DNA from: Octopus sinensis
Taxonomy: Eukaryota
Length of the DNA stretch: 64,000 bases
Assembly: GCF_006345805.1 (NCBI RefSeq)
Contig: NC_043016.1
Span: 19,468,001 to 19,532,000 of the forward strand
Direction: 5' to 3'
Part shown: in pieces, positions 54,124-62,368 of the stretch
Position numbering within the stretch: the first letter of the stretch is position 1
Layout of the letters: the number at the start of each line of letters is the position of its first letter
Translations under genes and position numbers: made by a program
Notes under the pieces: model-generated
The model's database searches: none
What the model saw: only the letters and a program-made list of their open reading frames with translations
What the model was told of the DNA's origin: nothing

Positions 54124-57100
54124 AATTATTGTATGCAGTGCTCAGGTGCACCACAACCTATCAAAAAGTGTGTATAAAGTATATGCAGTAATGTACAAAT
54201 GTCTGGAAAGTGAACAGTGTATGAGTCAGATACATGCTTGCATGTGTATGGAGGGGAGAAAATCAGGTGTAGTGTTGGCGAATCTCAGGAAGCATGGAAG
54301 TTTTGAAGGATGCAGTGCTCTGACAACTAACAACCGATGCTGGCAGTTTGTTCCATGCTTCAGCAACTCTTAGCGTGAAAAAATGTTTCTGAAAGTCATG
54401 GGAGCTGTGCTGTTTTCTGACTTTGTAAATATGTCCACGGGTGTTCGATGGGTGGAGTTTGAAAAGGTGCTCAGAGTTATTGTTTGTAAGATGGTTAATA
54501 ATTTTATGGGTGTCTGCCAATCATCATCATCATCATCATCGTTTAACGTCTGCCTTCCATGCTAGCATGGGTTGGACGATTTTGACTGAGGGCTGGCGAA
54601 CCAGACAGCCGCGCCAGGCTCCAATCTTGATCTGGCAGAGTTTCTACAGCTGGATGCCCTTCCTAACGCCAACCACTCCGAGAGTGTAGTGGGTGTTGGC
54701 GGCACTGGCAATGACCTCGCTCGAATCTTTTTACACATGGCCACCAGCACACGTGCCAGTAAGGCGTTGCTGGTAATGATCACCCTCGAATGGCGCCCTT
54801 TTACGTGCCATTGGCACGGAGCCAGTTGGCTGCTCTGGCAACGATCACGCTCGGATGGTGCTCTTGGCACCCTACTAGCACAGGTACAAGTGCCAGTAAG
54901 GTGACACTGGTAACAATCACACTCGAATGGTGCCCTTTTATGTGCCACTGGCACAAAAGCCGGTTAACCACTCTGTCAACGATCACCCTCGTATGGTGCT
55001 CTTTTGGTGCTCTTTGCACCCCGCTAGCACTGATGCCAGTTGTTGAATTTGATTTTGATTTTGATCTCACTTGCCTCAAGAGGTCTTCGCAAGCAGATTT
55101 AATATCCTGTAAAATAACCTTAAATTTACTAGAATAATTGACTAAATATATTTTGATGAGCTCATTAAAATTCTTTACCTTGTCTTCAATTTTGATATGT
55201 TAGACAACTTTCAAATTGTTGTTGACTATTGTTAATTGTTACTAAGGCAAATGAGCTGATACATCATCCAAGCACCAGAAACATAAACATACCTTGCAGT
55301 ACATCATTTTGTCTCTTTTTATGTTCCGAGTTCCAATCCTACCAATGTCAACTTCGCTTTTCATCCCTTTAGGGTTGATAAAATAAAGTACAAGTACTGG
55401 GATCAACTTATCATCTTCCTATCACAAGTGTTGACCTTGTGCCTATTTCTGAGATTATTGTTGGATGTGCTGCATCAATATCGCACTAATGACATGCAAA
55501 TTAAAAAAAAAAAATTTACACTTGACATTTGCAATAGCAATAGCAACAAAGGTAACTTCCTGAAGGATATAGGTCCATACTTCTTCTGTATGTACATATA
55601 TTGTTGTTGGCATCCTTTTGTCTCGGGCGACAATGGAGTTGCGCATAAATTTTGCACAGGCCTGGGCTAGATGTAAGAAAATCCTGGGTAGCCCTATCGT
55701 CAAGATTCCTCTCTCAACTTTTCTGACATAGTCCAAAGGAGTGGAGAGCATTATGTATGTTTGGCACCAGCTTGGTTGCAGGAGGTGCCAGAAGAGTGTT
55801 GAGTTGAACACTAAACCGCCTACGGGGCTCCACTCTAGATTTCTTTGAAAGTTTTCTTCTTTCTATAACCCTGGGTAGGGGCCCATACCAGGTACTGTCA
55901 GCTGGAACCAGCTGAACCCCGGACTTGTGTCAGGCAGGGTCATCACTCCCTGAAGTAGTGAAGAAAATTGCTACCCATTATATACGTTTTTATACCAAAT
56001 ATATACGTTTTTATTATTTTGCAATTTACTTAATCATCAGTATATTATTGTTATTTTAATTTTAATATCAAGACTGGAGCCTGGTGCAGCCATCTGGTTC
56101 GCCAGCCTACAGTCAAACTGTCCAACCCATGCTAGCATGGAAAGCAGCCATTAAACGACGATGATGATGATGATGATTTCTATTATATGTAATTTTCTAG
56201 ATGGTGTAATTTAATTATTCATTTTGAATTAATAAAAGGTGGTTTTTTTCTAATTTATATATATATATAGTAGAAATATGTTACAAAAAGAAAATATAAA
56301 ATACACGTGGAAATGTAAGGGTAAAATATGAAAAAATCAACGAAAATGCATATTGTAAATAAAAAAAGTCTTTTTATGACAGGTAACGACAAATATATAC
56401 ATTTAGATTGACTGAGGTAGTAATAAAAGTCATTATTATGAGATGATTATAAGATGATAATTAAGTAAGAGAACCAAGCAAACCATGGTTTCCACAAAAA
56501 ACTGTATATATATATAACGGGAAGCTTTATGAAAATAGACAAAAGACGAAGGCAGGTTTACGGAAATAAACAAAAGACGAAATGTATATATATATATATA
56601 TGTATGTATGTATATATATGTATGTATATATGTATGTATGTATATATGTATGTATGTATGTATATATGTATGTATATATATGTATATATACACACACACA
56701 ACTAAGAGAATTACTAATAGTTTCGTGCCTTTATGATACTTTAACTAGGCATGTTTATAAAATACGCTATGTATCTCCAAGCCTGAAAAATTGCTTGGAG
56801 ATGCATGGCGTATTTTTATGAATATGCCTAGTTAAAGTACCATGAAAACATGAAATTATAAGTAACTCTTTTGGTTGTGTATTAAATTTACACTCACACA
56901 CACAACATGCACACACAATTCTTTTATGTTATTTTTTCTTTTTAGGTTCTAAGTCTGTGCTAGCTTATGCTACAGTGAATGGTAATATTATTGGGTGGGA
57001 CACACGTATGCCTGACATTGCTTGGAATTTGAAAAATGAATACAAAACTGGTAAGTTTTAAAACCTTTGTGAATAAATGCATCACATCACATGGTCTGAA

Positions 57101-60100
57101 TTGATAAAATATCTTTATCCTGTCATATAAGATGACTAGCAGTATAACCCTGCCTTGCCCGGGATTAAGTTACGATTATTAAGCTAATCGAGTTTTATTT
57201 CAAACCAAACTAAGTAATATCGACGTCAAATTTGGGCAAAATCCGTTGAAATTGGTTTATATATATTGCATATGTTTTTTGCACACATACATGTTCATAA
57301 ACAGAAATGAATGGAAAAAATGTTGATAAATTTGTAAATCAACACTCGCACGATTTTCATTTTTTTTAAAAATCGTTTTTTTTGCATGGAATCAACTACT
57401 CTGGCCTCCTAATATGCTACAAAACCCTTTTTGTGGTCCGTAAAACGGAATGGGGTGTGGTGGAAGCCTTGGAAATCTTACCCATTTATATTGTGTAATT
57501 CACTGACAAACTGTTACCTACATCTTTGTTGTTAAATAAATGGATTCTCAACAAAACACATTTTCATTGGGCGTAAAATAAAAAATCTTTCGCACCCAAA
57601 GTAATGTGTGTGTGAGAGAGAGAGGGGAGAAGATTAACAATTTAAAATAAATGAATGATTTAAAATAAATATATTGTAATTGTTGTGTGAGAAAGTATAT
57701 TTAATCTGATTATAAAATATAGTGTCTTTCAAAAACATCCTAAATTTGAACACTGTATCTCATGTTTAAGAAAAAACAAAACATTTTACATTTTATTTTT
57801 TATAAATGCTGAGAAACTCTCCCTCTCTTTCTCCCTCTCACTTTGTCATTACCTTTTTGTTTTGTTTAATTGCTGTCAAACCCTTTTACCTTGTTTTTTT
57901 TTTGTCAGACGCTGTTACACTATCTCCCACTCTTCCTTACACACTTTTTCTTTACTTTTTTTGTTAGACGTTGTGAAACACTCTCTCTCCCTCACACACA
58001 CATACATACATCAACACACAACTTCTCTCTCTCCCTCACACATACACTTTTGCTTGGCTATGGCTAGAAGGGACTTAACTCATGTTAGCAACCTTCAAAA
58101 TTGGTAAAAGCTATGGCTGAAAATAGATTTTTGCCTCAGGGAAAAATAAGTTGACAAAACCCAGGTAGGTTGTTGATGAATGTCCTCCTAAAATTGGAGC
58201 GACGTGTGCTAATTTGTGGACGTGCATAAATTACAATCACGTACTACACACACACACACATCATGCCTTTTATAGATACAGATAATGTTACATAATGGTA
58301 TGTGGTACATACACAATGATAATGTTATATAGGAAATGTTTAATTGGTGATAAAATTATATAATGTTAATCCCTGTGCTAGCGCGGAAAACAGATGTTAA
58401 ACGATGATGATGATGATTTCAGAGTTAATGAACCAAGGGCATTAGCATCAAACAATGAAGGTCACTAAAGATTATTGGTAGATTTGGCATTATATTTATG
58501 GTGTTTGACCTTAATTTGAATGTTATCAAATTAAATATTCCTTAACAACTACAATCAGTTTGTTATAACATTCAGTATTTCATAAAAATTGAATGCTCAA
58601 AGACAGCTCTATTTTAGTATGTCTAAATAAGACATACATATTCATGTAAATATACACATCATCATCATCATCATCATCATCGCTTAACGTCCGTTTTCCA
58701 TGCTAGCATGGGTTGGACGGTTTGACCGGGGTCTGGGAAGGAGGCTGCACCAGGCACCAGTCTGATCTGGCAGTGTTTCTACAGCTGGATGCCCTTCCTA
58801 ACGCCAACCACTCCATAAGTGTAGTCACACAGATCTAAGTAATATATACACACACACTCATCTAAATAATACACGTGTGTATATCTCTAAATGATTTACA
58901 AGTAGACTTATTTAATTAATGCAGATACACACATCTAAATAATATGCACAATGCCCTACGCCAGTGATGCATAAAATCTCTGATGCTGGTGACACATAAA
59001 GGCCACCCATAACACTCTTGGAGTGAGTGGCATTAGGAAGAACATTCAGCCATAGAAACCAAGCCAAAATCAGATTGGAATTTTGTGCAGCTCTCTGGCT
59101 TACCATTTCCAGTCAAATCATCTAACCCATGCCAGCATAGAAAGTGGATGTTAAATGATAATAATGATTTGTGGCTGACTACATATGTATGTTTAAATAT
59201 ACACACGCACACACAAATATCTCTTAATACACACGTACACAGAAGCACATACTTAGATAAATATATATATATACACATATCTCTAAATACACCCACATAT
59301 GCAGATATATTGTTCAATGAATGAAGCAGTTCAATGCTTGTAATGAATCAAGAACTTTTATAAATAAAATATTTTGTCTCACTCACTACATTATATAAAC
59401 CAGTCACGGGCAAAATGCAGCCCGTGGAACATTCTTAATGACACACCTAATTTTCTGAGGAAAATAACACATGAATAATTTTTTTTTAGTTGCTTAGCCC
59501 ATCTGTTGATGAGCCATATCTCATTCAACTCGCTTCTTGAAAAAGGTTGTTCATGCCTGATATAAACGCTCACTTAACTGGGGGGTTTTTTTTTCATGTA
59601 GAAGTGAGTTCATGGCTGTTTCCTGCACCAGCTTCACATAGAAGCCCCAGCCCTTCCAAAGTGCCTTGGATCGTAGGGCGACCTGCTGTGCTCGAGGAGA
59701 CCTATTGAGTCAAGTACGTCAGCATCAAAAATCAAATGGAAATTGTGGTTGCGATACCTGTGCCGGTGGCATGTAAAATGCACCATCCGTACGTGGCTGA
59801 TGCCAGTGCTACCTTGACTGGCCTCTTAGCCGGTGGTACGTAAAAAGCACCAACCGTTCGTGGCCGTTGCCAGCCTACCCTGACACGTAAAAAACACCAT
59901 CTGTACATGGCTGATGCCAGCGCCGCCTTAACTGGCTTCTGTGCCGGTGGTACGTAAAAAGTACCAACCGTTCGTGGACGTTGCCAGCCTACCCTGGCAC
60001 GTAAAAAACACCCTCTGTACATGGCCGATGCCAGCACCGCCTTGACTGGCTTCCGTGCCAGTGGCACATAAAAGGCACCAACCGTTCGTGGCCATTGCCA

Positions 60101-62317
60101 GCCAACCCTGGCACGTAAAAACACCCACTACACTCACAGAGTGGTTGGCATTAGGAAGGGCATCCAGCTGTAGAAACACTGCCAGATCAGACTGGAGCCT
60201 GGTACAGCCTCCTGGCTTCCCAGACTCCGGTCGAACCGTCCAACCCATGCTAGCATGGAAAACGGACGTTAACCGATGATGATGATGCAGAAGGTGACTG
60301 TTAGTATTCCACCCACCTCAAATTTTCAATAATTCTTCTATATAATATATACATGCGCACAAACACTTACATATGCCTGTTTTTTTTGTTTATTTCAAAG
60401 GATTAATAACGTCATTTGCTATCCATCAATCACAATGCTGGTTGGCAACTGGTACCAGTAATGGTGCTCATATCTGTTGGGATATGAGATTCCATCTACC
60501 AATTGCTACTATCAAACATCCTGCAGGTGAGCAAGTTTACCTTTATTTAAATGTACATATTTAAAAATCTTTAGTGCTTTTTCCAGTGTACAATTCAAAC
60601 TTTTCAAACAGGGAAAGGTAGGTTGTCATATACACCAAGACAACTTTGGAGAACCAAAAATTTTGTGTGGAATGCAGCAGGATTTGGAAAGATAGGAATG
60701 AAGTTTAATCCTTTAGCATTTAATCCAGCCATATCCAACCCAAATTTTTTACCTATTTTATCTTAAAACTAACCTGATCCAACCTCTCATACTTACCCTA
60801 CAATGTCATTCTAAAAATATACAAACACACTACTGAAATCTTGAAGCCACAAGGTAATACATGACTAATTCAAATCAATGTGATTATATAAAGGGTTACA
60901 GTTGACAGAGAAATCAGAATGCTAAAGGGTTAAAAGTTTACATGTTAATAACACCGATTTGTATGCCAGAAAATACAATACCCAAACCTCCACATACCAC
61001 ACACATACACATCCATTGTTATATATGTTTGTTCCTTCTCGAGCCATGTCTGGCTCATAAGGGCCAGTTTCCTGGTTTCCTTGACGTATAGGTTCCCCAC
61101 CTGGACTGGACGCTGGTCTGTTGCAGGTGAGCTGCAAGATGCAGGAGAAAAGAGTGAGAGAAAGTTGTGACAAAAGAGTCAACAGAGGTTTGCCATTACC
61201 TTCTGCCAGAGCCACGTGGATATTAGGTGTTTCAATCATAAACACACACATCGCCCAGTCTGAGATTTGAACCCGCAATCCCTCGACCACGAGTCCGCTG
61301 CTCTAATCACTAGGCCACGTGCCTCCACATTATTATGTATACAACTCATTAAAAATTAATTGCAAAGAATTATATGTCCTAGGGGTTTTTTTTAATTTAC
61401 TTTTTACGGACTTTTTTTATTATGTCTTAGTCAAAAGAGGAAGTTCAGAAATGCTCATGTCAAGATCTTTTCCTATGACCATTCAGGTCTTGGAGTTGTG
61501 GGAGAAGCGGGTGGGTCTGAATGAGCCACAATTCATAGAAAACAGCTCATTCAAGAAGTAGAGGATCTTGATACTATTAAGTCTATCTGAATACTTGCAA
61601 TTGTGTAACCTTTGCTAAAGCCACAGTTTAACACCATGCAATGGTTCCAACATCTCAAGAAAAAGTAGTTAATGTGACATTTTATACATTGTTACTGATA
61701 AGGTTTGGAAACAACCCAGTGTCATGACAGAATACATTTGCCCAGGGTGTCACATTCTGGAATAAACTCTCAATAATCACATAATTACAAAATACTGTGC
61801 AAGTGGAACACTAAGAGCACCATCCAAGCGTGATTGTTGCCAGAGCGGATAACTGGTGTCTGTGCCGGTGGCACGTAAAAAGCACCATTCGAGTGTGATC
61901 ATTACCAGCATCGCCTTACTGGCACTTGTGCCAGTGTGCAAGTGGCACATATAAAAAAACACCATTTGGGCGTGGCCGTTGCCAGTACCACCTGACTGGC
62001 ACATAAAAAGCACCCACTACACTCTTGGAGTGGTTGGCGTTAGGAAGGGCATACAACTGAAGTAACTCTGCCGAATCAAGATTGAAGCCTGGTGCAGCCA
62101 TCTGGTTCGCCAGTCCTCAGTCAAATCGTCCAACCCATGATAGCATGGAAAGCGGATGTTAAACGATGATGATGATGAATCCCATACAGATATATCGGCA
62201 CTGTTCACTTACATTTTCTTTCCTGCATCCAAAATATGCACTGTAGATTCCATTTATGCACATTTCTGTTGCAGGATAGAATACACAGGTAAATAGCAGT
62301 CTTCAAAAATGTGAAAG

Positions 62318-62368
<51 letters not shown>

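Noticed and set aside
59750-60130. CRISPR-like repeat-spacer appearance
   Set aside because: Spacers recur periodically and between loci; eukaryotic intron; no cas genes.
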